Positions 1 to 12,088 of a stretch of DNA of 64,000 nt are shown here, in pieces; position 1 is the first letter of the stretch; each line of letters starts with the position of its first letter. Both the position numbers and the translations under genes were made by a program. The notes beneath the pieces are model-generated. The model saw nothing but the letters and a program-made list of their open reading frames with translations. It searched no databases and was not told the DNA's origin. The DNA is from Selaginella moellendorffii (Eukaryota > Plantae > Lycopodiophyta), in assembly GCF_000143415.4 (NCBI RefSeq), contig NW_003314315.1, positions 682,001 through 746,000 on the forward strand, given 5' to 3'.

Positions 1-326
1 GCTCCCTGTACTTGGTATTTTTCTTCCCCTCCATGATGATTGGTTTCATTTTCATCCGCCAAGGTGGCCACCTTTATTTGAATCCATGGGATCAAACAAT
101 CATAACTTCAATATGCCTCCAATCTTTTCCAATCACACACTAAACCTTTGCGTGATCGGACCTTCCATCGATCGATCAACTCAATCGATTAGAAAATGAA
201 AGTTTTTCCTTGACCAGAAACTTCGATCAAAGGTCAAGGTGAAATTGTTTGCCACTGTTTTTTCACTTTGGCCTTTGGTTCTTGGCGAATCCAACAAGTT
301 GGCTGGATTTGGAGAAGGGTGACAAT

Positions 327-345
327 ACACACACACACACACACA
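327..345. repeat. (AC)n microsatellite
   Basis: Run acacacacacacacacaca. Confidence 0.9.
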
Positions 346-711
346 GCAAAAACACTGACTGGGGCCTTTTGTCCAAATTGGCTGGGCTGGGTTTTTGGCA
401 GGCCAGGCCGGGGAGATGCCAAACAATGGCAAGCTTCCAAACTCGCCCACGCCAGCCCGCCACGTCCGCGCCAGCGCAGCCCTAGCCTCCCACGTCAGCT
501 GCCCCAACAAAGATTGACACAAGGGATTGTTTATCCCTCTAAATATGCCAGATCGAAACGCCATCTTGACAAACAAGGGAAACAGCCAACACCAGCCGTG
601 GATCTGGGCTCCTCAAAATCTGGCTGCCAACTTTTCTCCAAAAGTAAATCGAGGTTAAAGGTAAAGATTGAGCAAAATATGAAGAGAAAAAGGTAAATAA
701 AGATTTATTAA

Positions 712-1623
712 ATGCATTTTTTTCTAGTTCTTGTTCTTGCTGTTAATCTTGAGATTTCACGTGTGCATGGCGTGGATCCGGTGTGCCTCGCGAGACAGCA
801 TGGCTACAGATTCAAGGCCGGACAAACTCGATCGATCTCGAGGGAGGCTTACAATCTCATCCAAACACTGCCCCAGAAGAAATCATCCTACACCTCGGGA
901 AGGAGCTTCACATCCTGGCACCGAGTTCCGGGTAAGTGTCCGGCTATGGTTCTTTAGCTTCCTCTCAGCCGATGATGGGCTGTGCTATATCACTCCGGAC
1001 GCTAAGCGGGCCATGGATTCCAAGTCGCCGAGGCCTTCTTCCGCGTCTACAGCATCTTCTCCACGGACATCGATATGGCAGGATCGCGTACGTGTGGAAG
1101 AACTTCGGCATCGATTATGTGTCATGCCAGGGCTAGACACTCCCAATCGAGTACGAGTTCCCGGTTCGCCTGGGCTCAGCGGCCAGCGCTGGACACTGCC
1201 AACAATCCAGTACGCCTGCTCGGTGATCCTGATCCCGACTGGGGGAACTGCTGGCCCTTTCGATCCAGCATCATCGGGGGAGCCGATGAGGCAGTTGGCT
1301 CCATCATCGGCCGCAGCGCCACGCTCGTCTCGCCCAGCGGCCGCTACAAGGCGAGGATGCAGCGCGACTGCAACTTTGTGCTCTACGACACTTACCGCGA
1401 CACGAACAAGGTGGTGTGGGCGAGCGACACCTTTGGCAAGGGCACCGGATGCTACCTCATCGACGCAAATCTGGTGCTCCTCGACACTAAGGTGACGATC
1501 TTGTTCGTGTCGGGCGCATTCTGCGACAATTGCCCCCTCACCGCCGCGCTCTCCGTCACGGACGGGGGCTACATCGCCATCTGGGAGACCGACTACCAAA
1601 CCGAGCTCTGGCGCAAGCCATAG
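712..1623 (+). pseudogene. Secreted protein with unknown N-terminal domain and C-terminal bulb-type (GNA/B-type, mannose-binding) lectin domain; frameshifted
   Basis: Signal-peptide-like start MHFFLVLVLAVNL. C-terminal ...LVSPSGRYKARMQRDCNFVLY...VVWASDT...ELWRKP* contains the QxDxNxVxY motif. Alignment with the paralog at 36910-37410 shows several small frameshifting deletions here (~917, ~1027, ~1073, ~1124). Confidence 0.75.
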
Positions 1624-1869
1624 CCCTAACCCCAATTCCCATACCAGGAATATTCGCAAGCTACCAAGAATATTCGTTGGGCGTTTTGAGCGCGCAATCT
1701 GGCGCTTGGCCTGATCGATCTGTCCCAGCGGTTCGTCCGGGGCGTGCTGCTCGTCACCCCTGAGCATCTCCTGCACGCGGATCGGACGAGCCCCCCAACC
1801 GCCTCGTCGTGCTCCCTGGCTACCTCGTTTGCGAGGCATGGTTCTTGCCTGAAAGCCCCTTCTTGGCGC

Positions 1870-2760
1870 CCTCGATTTCGTCCTTGAGCATTGCCTTGGC
1901 GTCATCCAGGACGCTCCGCCCCTCGCCCTCATCGTCACCTGCGCTGCCAGATTTTGCTTTCTCTGCCTGCTCGTATTTCTCGTTGAGGCCTGCTGCATGG
2001 CGTCCAGGGGCATTCCAACCTCAAACAGCTCGAAGAAATGACAGTGGATTTTGTGCATCAGTCTGCGGTCTCGGAAAAGCTGGTGATAGCCATTGACGTT
2101 GTCAACAAAGTTCTAGAAGAAACGACACTTGACGTGCCCGCGAAGCCTGTTCCTGTGACTTTGGAAGGGCCACCACCACCAGCCCGGGCCCAGCGTCATC
2201 CTCCAGAGCCTCCAATTCGACCGATGCAGATAGAACGAGAGAAATGCGTGGAAGAACCAGCTATACCCGTGACGAAGGCAGAAGACAAGTTTGTAGCTCC
2301 TGTTGCGAGCGTCGCAAAGCAGCACTGTGAGAGCCCGGCCAAGATCGCCAAGGAGCAGCTGGTTTCGGTCATGAAGGAGCTAAAGTCATGGCTATTGCTG
2401 GTGCTTACGGTTGATGGCTATGACATATCATAGGAATTCAAGACCGCAAGGGGTTTGACTCTCGACCACCAGGCTCTCGGCTTTGCGAAGTTGTTGGATC
2501 TCATGACGAAGGTCTGGATGTGCTCCAGACATCATATCCCAGGCCTGGTCTCTGCAGGATATATTCCTCTGGGACGACTGCAAGTCAAGACTAAGGAGAA
2601 GGAGAAAGACAAAGACAAGGCCAGGGACAAGCGATATCATGCATCGGTTGAGAGGCTGGCCGTTGTCGTTCATCAGCAGGAGGGGTGTCTGTGATCTAGC
2701 ATCCATTTACAAGGAATTCAAAGCCGAGTGTAGAGGCTAATGAGCAAGGCTTCTCTAGTA
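1870..2760 (+). pseudogene. Degenerate NYN/OST-HTH(LOTUS)-like (MARF1-type) gene
   Basis: EFKTARGLTLDHQALGFAKLLDLM (2434-2505) resembles a LOTUS repeat, and DLASIYKEFKAE the start of a second. Upstream QDAPPLALIVT and VDFVHQSAVSEKLVIAIDV weakly resemble the NYN C-terminal half. Short GT-AG intron at ~2512-2557. Confidence 0.45.
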
Positions 2761-2889
2761 TGAGTAAGTTGTTAGAGCAGTTTTCCAATATTGTCTACAG
2801 TATGCCTGTAAATATGGTTTTTTGTTTATAATTAGTTACAAAACTATGTGGTTGTGTCTGCAAAAAATAATCTATATGTCACTTTTGTG

Positions 2890-3810
2890 TTTTAGGAATG
2901 GTTTTGGACCATGACAGAAGTGGTTTTGCATAGTTTGTTTACTAGTTTCTAGTATGATATATGTCTTATTTGGTGATCACTCTAAGAGTGGTTTCTAGTG
3001 TGGTTTCTTGGAGCAATTTAGATTTTTTATATCATTCACCGACATAAATATAGTTTTAAAATTATATGTGTGACTAATGGAGAGAGTAGGATTTGGAAGA
3101 ATTTTTTGGGCTCTATATGCATTTAATTTTTAGCACAATTTACAGATTTTTATATTTGAATACAAATTTGTTAACAATATATTTTGTAAAATATAGTAAT
3201 GGTTTTAAGTACATTTTCCTAGTAACTAATATTTTACCATTATAGGTATTTGTGGAACAAACCTTTTTTAAATGACTACTTTTCTAAACTTCACAAACCA
3301 TTCAATAATATATGTTAATACTAACTTGATTTTAGTTTTATGGGCATTTGATGTAGATATATTCTATGGTTATATAGTACTAGTTTACATTAGCAAGAGA
3401 AGGCTCTAATTAGAGTGGTAATTGCATTATTTATAGTAGTTACACTATCAAGAAGAGGAATTGGTGATTTGTAAGTGGTGCAATTTATTCTTAATCCCTT
3501 TGTATGAAGTGATTAAAATATTGTACTTATATAATTTCTAGAGGATGAGCTTGTTAAACGTTATGGTGAACTTTATAAACTTGTGATCTAACTTGCCTCA
3601 ACACTTGATACAATCCTTTCCTAAATGAACCATATATAATAAGATTGGGAAAATGAATTAACACCAAATCATTTATTTTGTATTCCATTGGTATATGATG
3701 ATGAGAGTTGTAGCACTAATATGATCTCATTTGTATGCAGCCCAAATATTTAGTAGACTTTACTTAAATTAGTGAAAGAATGTTTGTCAAATACTGATCC
3801 TAGAACTTAA
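2890..3810 (+). pseudogene. Heavily decayed protein kinase gene
   Basis: Motif relics in the correct order: IIHRH (~3030, HRD), GICGT (~3245, subdomain VIII), FDVDIFYGYIVLVYISKRR (~3347-3403, subdomain IX), LVKECLSNTDPRT (~3769-3807, subdomain XI). Many stops. Confidence 0.45.
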
Positions 3811-4077
3811 TATTAGTAACTTGTGGTAATCATGAAGGTAAACCCAACTTTTTTTTCACAATATTGGATTATGATTATATAAAAGTTTATATAGTGAAGC
3901 AACAATGAAAATTTATACCCTAGTGACATATGCATATCAAAAAGATGGCAAATAACCATCCCAATCTAAATATTAAAAGTTTATATACTTTACATTCCAC
4001 AAACTTATGGCAACAGACTGAGCAATAGAAGTTAAACTCGAGCATGTATCAACAAACATAGATAAATCATTCATCTA

Positions 4078-4238
4078 TGTAGTGCATGTGATCATGGGAT
4101 GAGATTGGATATATTGTCACTATGGATTTTTGAAATCTTAGAGGATAAATGGGGATAAAATAGCTGTTAAGAGCTCTCTTATAAAACAATTATCTTTTGT
4201 CTAGTTGACTTAAGGGGAGAGAGATAAGGTGCACTACA
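4078..4238 (+). mobile_element. Isolated TRIM-type LTR (161 bp)
   Basis: tgtagtgcatg...ggtgcactaca is a reverse-complement homolog of the TRIM LTRs at 19984-20144 and 21070-21231. No clean TSD. Confidence 0.8.
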
Positions 4239-4239
4239 T

Positions 4240-5026
4240 GTATTATAAGATAACCATAAAGTAGAATATAAACCTTCTATGTGCTACATATCACATGCCA
4301 TGTGTCCACAGATAGTGGTGTAGAACGCGAGTTCCAAGGCCTTGGGCCACTAAATGAAACAATGGAGCTAAACTCCTAAGCATGGAGCCAAGGAACAAAA
4401 ATATTAGAGCACGAAATAACTCCTAAGTGTACAACCCAAGAAGCGAAAAGATAAGACTATAGAGCAACTTGGAACAATTCTAGAGCATTTAACATCCCAA
4501 TGCCAGGACTAGCACACAAAACAGAGCCAAACGGAGTCTGGCACTATTTCAGCATACTGGTGGCCTAATGCGGAAATATAGGTACTTCACCAATTAGCAT
4601 AATATAAAATTTGGGCTTAAACCCAAGCCGGACGCAGAACAAAGATAGGCATACAAGCGAGAGCTAGACTATGCTTTAGGTTGGTTGGCTATGCCCAACC
4701 TACTCACTATCCTTATTATACATTTGGAACCCTTCATAGCTCATCCCATGATTACATATGCTACACTCACCCCCCTTTCAAAAATGTTAAGTTCTCATTA
4801 ACTATTGACTAACAATCCTTATTGAGTCAAAGGGAACTAACACCTTCATTTCCATATTAAATCTACCAATTTTTCCATTATGTAAACTAGCTATTATATG
4901 TGAGGCAACTAGTCATCCACCCATGCCCAATATATACAATTTCAAATTTAGAGATAGAAATATTATATTTTTAAGTAGCCATTAATCAAGAGGAATCGAA
5001 CCCGTGCCATTTTCTTTGATACTAAA
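4240..5026 (-). mobile_element. Mosaic of LTR-D/LTR-C pieces and TRIM internal domain
   Basis: 4250-4533 matches 19693-19982, 4530-4730 matches 58768-58968, and 4740-5026 matches the TRIM LTR edge, PPT, internal domain and PBS at 20695-21069. Confidence 0.75.
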
Positions 5027-6730
5027 TGTAGCACATCTGAATTTAGAGCCGAACTCTAAGCCTATTGCGCTACAAAGCGAGGGTACAATCCTATGAGCAC
5101 CAGCTCCCCGTATCTAGCACTTGCACCCAAAATGGTATCAGACGGTGTTTGGCACAATTTTGGCATACTAGTGGCCTTACGCAAGAAGGAGGGTACCCCA
5201 TTGACTAGAGCAGCGTGGAGCTTGGGTTTAGACCCAAGTCAGACTTAGAACAAGGAGTGATATAGCCTAGTGGGAGTTAAATTAATGTCTTGGGTGGTCA
5301 GATATGCATTCCAACCATTATCCCTACTATACATTTGGAACCCCCTCCCCTCTTTAGGAACATATGCTTTGGACTTTCACCCCAAGCTTCCCTTAGTATC
5401 AAGAGTTAGTCTTTGGAATTAATTAAAAACTTATTAAATATGGAATGGCATTAGATTGTGAATTTGGATATGGGACAAACACCATTGTGTTCAAGCCAAT
5501 CTCTACATTCTGTAAATATGCCAAATTAACAAATCTAGACACTTTCCATAATTAGCCAATAGAACAAAACAAGACCAATACAAAGGGCATAATAGCAAGG
5601 GTGTTTGGTAGACACGGTAAGCTATCATATAACAATATTGAGAAACTAAACTCAATATCGAGGGGGTTCCCAACACTAGCAAGTGCAAGTTAATGAATGA
5701 GTTTTTTTAACCAGGTCAAATATGCTTGACAAATAGTATTTAAGAATTTCATCCTTATGCTCATCTGGTCAAGTGCACATGTGATGACTAGTTTCTCAAC
5801 TAGCTTGGGTGGAGACCATAAAAGAAACCAATAGTATAACCTCCTGCTATCGTGGCAGTAAGGAAAGAGTATCCATAAGGTCTTATTTTCTATTTTAATA
5901 GCAATTTTTAGTGGCTATTGTGTTATCAATTTTAACAGATCTTCAAAATTCTAAGTCAAGGAGTGTCTTGTAAGATTTTGAGAAGAATATGAAAATTTAT
6001 GTGGTAATAATTAAATAAATTAAAAATTATTATCTAATGAAGCAATTTGAAAATATTTTCATAATTTTACAAGTTGATGGAAATATACTAACACATGGTC
6101 TATAAGCAAATATTGTGAGAAATGCATTTTTATTATGTATCTTATGATTGATGATAATTATGACAGACAAATGATGCTTTATTTCGCTAAAGTGGGACTT
6201 ATTCAGTAAAGTGGGACATTAATTAGCATGTGTCCACATGCCATTTCCTAGTACTTAATTAATATTTATTAATATTTCTATCAGTTTTTTAATTTATTTT
6301 TTTTATATTTCACAATATTATAACACAAAATCATATGAAAAGTTTTTTAATTTATAAATTATAAAGCAAAAACTTCAATTTTTTATTGTTGTTATAAAAA
6401 TGGCATGTGGCCACACACCATAAGTGGGATAATGAAAAATTCCACTTTAACGAAATAAAGCATAATGCAGCATTGATCATTACGTTCCAGGGGATTTCAT
6501 CTTTCTCAAGCAAGATCACCACACCAAGCAAGCATTCCAATGCAGGCATTGGCAATAGTCACCACTCCCAGAGGACGGTGCAAGAGATTGCGAGCCTGCT
6601 CTAGAGCGGGTGCCCCTGACCGCAGCTGGAGTCTGATCTCGTCCCCTACACCTGCTATGAGACGACACCATCGAATGTCGTCGGGAGCGTCGTGTGGTGG
6701 ACTGGCCAACAAGTATCTTTTGATACTTGA
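5027..6730 (-). mobile_element. LTR family C copy interrupted by an ~820-bp insertion (5881-6698)
   Basis: 5027-5880 is colinear with 58648-59520. Homology resumes at 6699 (ggactggccaacaagtatcttttgatac = 59519-59546). The first ~17-20 bp of the LTR are missing. Confidence 0.8.
6174..6463 (+). mobile_element. MITE copy 1 (TIR ATGCTTTATTTCGTTAAAGTGGGA, TSD AATG)
   Basis: ~24-bp terminal inverted repeats, 4-bp direct flanks aatg/aatg, three near-identical copies elsewhere in the window. Confidence 0.95.
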
Positions 6731-7310
6731 TGTGGTTATGAGTACGACTGGGCAAGCTTAGCACTCGCTTCTCTAGATTTTCAAGGACCGCCGGGGGCGC
6801 ACCGGACACCGCAGGACGTGCGGTGCTCTACCAGCCGTGAGACCCTATCTTCGGTTGAACCAATTTCAAGGTCGGCAGGCCGTTAAAAAGAAAAGATAAC
6901 TCTTCTTGGGGCCCCCGCTAGTGTCTCTGGATTTGTCAGCATTACCACCCACTACCATGTCCCGGTTCAAGAATATTAACCCAATTCCCTTTCAATGGGT
7001 GGCGCGCATTGCGCCCTTCATACAGGATTTCCCCATCTCTTAGGATTGACTAACCCATGTCCAATTGCTGTTCACATGGAACCTTTCTCCACTTCAGTCT
7101 TTAAAGTTCTCATTTGAATACTTGCTACTACCACCAAGATCTGCACTGAGGGCTGTTTCACTCGGGCTCGCGCCCAGAGCTGCACCACGACCCCCACGCC
7201 CTCCTACTCATCGGGGCCTCGCAATTGCCGTGATGGCCGGGCATAGGCTGCGCGCTTAAGCGCCATCCATTTTCGGGGCTAATTGATTCGGCAGGTGAGT
7301 TATTACACAC
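6727..7310 (-). rRNA. Dispersed, decayed fragment (~580 bp) of nuclear 25S/26S LSU rRNA
   Basis: Reverse complement of conserved LSU segments (e.g. gttcacatggaacctttctccacttcagtc, ttgctactaccaccaagatctgcac, gcgccatccattttcggggcta, gattcggcaggtgagtt) with many C>T/G>A changes; truncated at both ends. Confidence 0.93.
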
Positions 7311-7486
7311 TCTAGGTTTTGAGCTTATGAGTTCACTAGTTGAGCTCATGAGTTGAGTTTATGGCTTCTCAAACAGAAGAAAAACAACATCTTTTCATTT
7401 TTCAAATTTTGATTTAATCTATATTTCCAAGTAAATTCGACCAATAAAATACAAATATAAATATAGATCTGAACACTAAAAGCAAT

Positions 7487-10400
7487 CTAAAAACACTTCT
7501 CAAGCTCTGCAACTATAAGGCTTGCCTGGTGGATGTGATAGTTGATCTTAAAATCTTGGTTTACTTCCTGCATAAAAATGTAATAGATGTGCTTGCAGGC
7601 TAAATATACCTTTCCCCTGTTCTCCCTCTGTGTAAAATCTGGATAGGTACAAGATGGATTTTTACATTTTGGCAGTGTAGCTTGTACCCTTTGATGACTT
7701 AGTCACAACAACAAACTCCTTAACCACAGCATTGATGTAGTTTATTTTTATAATTGTGCACTTCAACTCTTTTGCCAGCTTGATCTTCTATCGTGCATCT
7801 TTTGAAATGGAAGACTTGTATTGTACAACCTTCTCATTTCTAGTTGGTCGTATATATCAGTCTAGTGTTGATATTGGTGGCATAGTAGTATTAATAGCAA
7901 TATTTGAGGAAATCTTTAGCTTGAAACTTGCTCTCTCTAGACTTTCAATCTCTTCTTTCAAAAGATTGCAGCTTCGCTCAACTAGCCACTCCTCTATCAC
8001 AGAATCTGGCTTCAAAATAATTGAGCTATAGATCTGGCTTGTATGAGTAATATCAGTCCCACAACAGTAAATCCAGCTTGACTGGCGGCCTTTCACCCTA
8101 GATCTTGACAACCCCAGAAATATGGCACTGCTGAAGAATTTGAACCTAAGCACACAAATGTGAGACATTGACCTCGACTCCCAATCATTCTGGAGCAACG
8201 TGCATTGCTCTTGGTGCTGACTTTTTGAATTGCCCAATTGATACAAGAAACTGGCTCACAAGAAATAACCTTTTCATCCTCTACTTGTGTAACAACTAGC
8301 ACCTCCTCCACTCCATGTTCCTTAGTTCTTTTCCGGTGTCGTGGAACAAAATGGTAGTTAAACTCTAGATAGTGAGAGTTAGAAGGAGTGATGTTTGGCC
8401 CATCAAATATCTATCGACGCTTCATACGGGCTGTTCTCATGTCCCCAAGTGGTTCATAACTTGATTTCATAGGAGTTCTAGCAACAACTTCCTCCACCAT
8501 TTTAGACATTGACTCTACTGTTGGTGTTGTCCTTCTACCAACTCGCTCTTGAAGCCTGTCTAAGTTCAGATTTGTATCAGCAAACCTTGCTTTCTGTACA
8601 ACCAAAGCTTTTGATGATTACTCAAGAGATCTAGTGAGGTCGGAGAGTGTAGCTTCATAGAGGGACACTTTTCCTTTCTCTACTTCAGAAGCTCTTCAAC
8701 TCCAATGTTTACTCTCAAAGAGATTAATTGTTGGTGTAAGTGCTATATCATCAAGTGATTGATCCTAGGAAAAATGCAATATTTGAATGTGACAAGAAAG
8801 AAAATGAGAGAAAGCTTATATGGAGAGTATAATGACCCCACTGAAACATTCAAATTTCCCACCATGCAAACTAGCATTCCATTTGTGGAAGGTGTTCAAT
8901 TGGCACTTTGTCTCTTTCATGCCACCATATGTGCATCTCATTTGCCTTTGCCTTGTGCTCCTCTTTAGGTGGTGCATCCATCCATTCTCGACAAAGCTGC
9001 TTGAATTCGTGATGGAAGTTAGATTTGATGCATCAGCAATGTTTGTTGACACTTTTTGCCTAATGAAATTCACAACTCTTCTCTCTACCTTGTAATGGTT
9101 GACTTTTATCACCTCCAAACACTTGCCGTATAGCCAACCAATTAGCACTTGTAGCATCTACCATGAAAACACGGAAGTTGGGTTTCTTCTCGGTTTGTTG
9201 TTCAACAACCTTAGACATACATGTCCAAAAGATAGTTTAAGTTTGGAAATTCTAGACCTTGAATTCAACTATAGCTATAGTCAAGTTGCACTGCAACCAA
9301 TAGAAAAAATGGGTATAATGTAAACTGGCATGGAATCCTTAAAAAATGAAAAGCCATTTACTTGTGATCATACACATAAGCTCATATAGTTGACCAGCCT
9401 GAAACTCGTTCCATGTGGTCGAAATGGATCCAGGAATTAACCAAGTCTCCATCTCCATCCATATCCATTTGTTGTACAAGGTCCACACCAAAAGTAGGAC
9501 CAAGGGTAAACATCTTAAAGATGAAAGGGTATTGATTGTTTAAAGTCACTTGGTTAACAAATAAGCTCCTATGAATAAACTCATAGGGACATTTCCTCTT
9601 TAGCTCCAAAATCCCATCCAATCCAAATTGAAGCTTTCCATCTCACCCTTCTCGCATCCAGTTTTTTATTCTACAAAAAAAAAGAGTGTTATTAGTGATA
9701 AAGTAGAGTTAAGTATTAATTTTATACCTATTTAAATTTGTCACGGGTTTATATTTTGAAGTTGGTCCTTCAAGCTGTCTTCGTGAACTCTTTTTTGGTA
9801 TCAGATTGTAGCAACGTGTCCACCACATAGTCCTTTAGTACAGACTATTGAACACACTTTGGAGTTGCAACACTTTTCTTTCTAGCCTCTATAGTAACAG
9901 TAGCCTTCAAATTGCAAAAAAGAATCACAGCGGATTCCTTCCTTTATTGTATGTTGGTGGTATCCAATATGCACTACTGCTCTACCTAAACATCCATCCC
10001 GTGGAAGAAAATAATACCTTTTCACATCGCAACATGCTTGACACACAAGTGTTGCCCCACATTTGTGACATTTAAACCTTGTAGCAACCTTATCATGCCT
10101 AGGGGGATTGATTGCTGAGCCTTCAAAAAAATACATATTCATACTATGATTAGAAATGCATTTCTCAGTGACACACTAAAGCTGTCCACCACAATGGACT
10201 ATGGATACAGATCCATCGAAATAAGAGAAGTGGGTTGTCTTTACTCTGCACCAATTATGTGGATCAAGACACATCTCTATACCCCCCTCAATTCTAGCCA
10301 TAATGATTGAGATTGCCGAAATGCCTTATCCACCACTTCAAAAACTAGTCCAAAAGGAATGCTCCTACTTGTCTGGGAAGCTATGTTGGGAAGCTCATCT

Positions 10401-10759
10401 TCATTTTCATCATTGAAGAGAATAATAACTTCATCCTTCACTCCTTGCACAGTTAGTTGTGAAACTGATACGCTCTCCTCTCCTCCCTTCAGAGATCCTG
10501 TAACTAGAATCTCTTGATTTGTACATCTATCAAGATCCCATTGAATCCCATTCTCTCCCATACCATTGTCGAGAAAAATGGATTTTTCAATTTGATTACT
10601 TTTATCCCAACATACATTCTCCAAACTAACTAATCTTGGCTTCAACTTAAATTTTTTGCAGAGGAAGTTCTCTCCTATAACACTCTTAGAGAAAACAATT
10701 GGAGGCTCTTGATCGAACTTCAAGTAGAATTCTCTCATATTTTCTCCTTGCTCAAGCAC
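7487..10759 (-). pseudogene. MULE/Mutator-like DDE transposase with N-terminal Cys/His zinc module and C-terminal SWIM zinc finger; decayed
   Basis: Motifs in order: KCHKCGATLVCQACC...HIGYHQH (~10075-9955); FKMFTLGP.GVDLVQQM...WIHFDHMERVSGW (~9520-9398); FRVFMVDATSANWLAIRQVF (~9178-9118); FAWWEI.MFQWGH; PTINLFESKH (~8735-8704); PSCT(Y)PDF...CKHIYYIF (~7660-7575); stop at 7487. GT-AG intron ~9670-9727. Several stops and frameshifts. Confidence 0.75.
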
Positions 10760-11359
10760 TTAGAAAAAATCTAGGGAGAAATTGACAAGAAAGAACAAAG
10801 ATATTCTTCTGTATTGTGAGCATTAATTAGCTGTGTCCTTGCAAAGGACAAGTTAATTATTTTAACAAAATATACAACTGTTTAGAATCTAGAGAGATAT
10901 GAGAATCTTAAAGATCCACCTATATTTATTGTTTAATTGATTGTGAGAGGAATAATATTGTTGAAATGAATGTGGTTATGAGTGAGAAGCGTTAGTCAAT
11001 CACAAAAGTTGTAACATTGATTGCTTATTCTCCCTCTCATCTCCATGCTTTCTTCCCTTCAAGAGAGTTTTATTCTTTTGTGACAAGTGAGAGAAAGTCA
11101 AACTCGGAAAGGTTGGTTTGTGCATGGTTTTTTCTTGATTGAAGCATTGAAGCATTGAAGCACATTGAAGTGTTAAATGATTGTGTCCATTAATTGCCAT
11201 CAAAGAGAATGAAAATCATGACTATTGATCTTGATTGTTGATTGTGTCTATTGATTTTTAGGGTTTAACACCTAGGGTTTGAGTAGCAAAGGGCGAAAGA
11301 AAGCATTTCAATTTAGCAATGTGCTTCAAGACACTCCTCAAACAAGGTATGCTTTCTTG

Positions 11360-11880
11360 AGAAGGTCGATTCTCGCGCAAATTGACGTCTTCTCACTTTC
11401 TTTCTTCCATGAGAAGTTTTCTGTTTTCTCGACTTTTGTTTTTTCTTGAGGGATAGAGATGTTAGTTCTTGTGCGAACTGATATCTCCTAGCATTTTATT
11501 TCATTTTCTATTTTTTGCTCATCTTTGCCTCGTTTTTTTTTGTTTTTTTTTCTTGTTAAAGGGGTGGGAAAGATCAGTTCACGTGTGAACCGACGTCTCC
11601 CCACCTTCATTTTTTCTAGAAGTGAGCTTTCTTGGTTTTTTTCATGTTTCTAGTGGTGAGATCTCTATATTTTAGAAAACATAGAGAGAGAAATATTGAT
11701 TCTTATGCGAACCAACATCTTCAAGGGTTTTTTTTTTAATTCATTGACTTGATGGGGCATTTCATGTGAAAATAGATATCGGTTCATGTGTGAACCGACC
11801 TCTCCTATATTCTTGTTGTGTTTTTCCTTTTTCTCGAGAGGTAGGGTGAGGTCGGTTCTCGCGCAAGCCAATCTCTCCCA
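11360..11880. repeat. Six dispersed ~30-bp palindromic repeats (consensus GAGANGTCGGTTCWCGCGCGAACCGACNTCTC) with T-rich spacers
   Basis: Copies at ~11360-11393, 11456-11487, 11565-11605, 11688-11722, 11773-11806 and 11844-11880. Confidence 0.8.
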
Positions 11881-12088
11881 ATGACTTGTATTTTTTTTCT
11901 TTGCATTTCTTATAGTTTACAATATATTTTTCATATCTTTTACTTATAAACTTTTCTTGTGAGAGCAGATATAAATCAAGCTTGATTGCCTGGAACTTCT
12001 AACAAAGGACTTGAACTTAAAATGCCACAAGATTTTTTTACATTACAAATTAAATGTTATAATTTTTTTGTTTTTTATTTTAAAGGAA

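Noticed and set aside
985-2058. 357-aa minus-strand ORF
   Set aside because: Antisense shadow of GC-rich plus-strand lectin and NYN-like coding sequence.
6727-7310. Functional rDNA unit
   Set aside because: Short internal fragment with many deamination changes and no adjacent rDNA.
7311-7360. Left TIR of the MULE-like element
   Set aside because: Only ~11 bp of loose similarity (tag.ttttgag) to 57550; no TSD.
11360-11880. CRISPR array
   Set aside because: Eukaryotic context, degenerate repeats, irregular low-complexity spacers, no cas genes.
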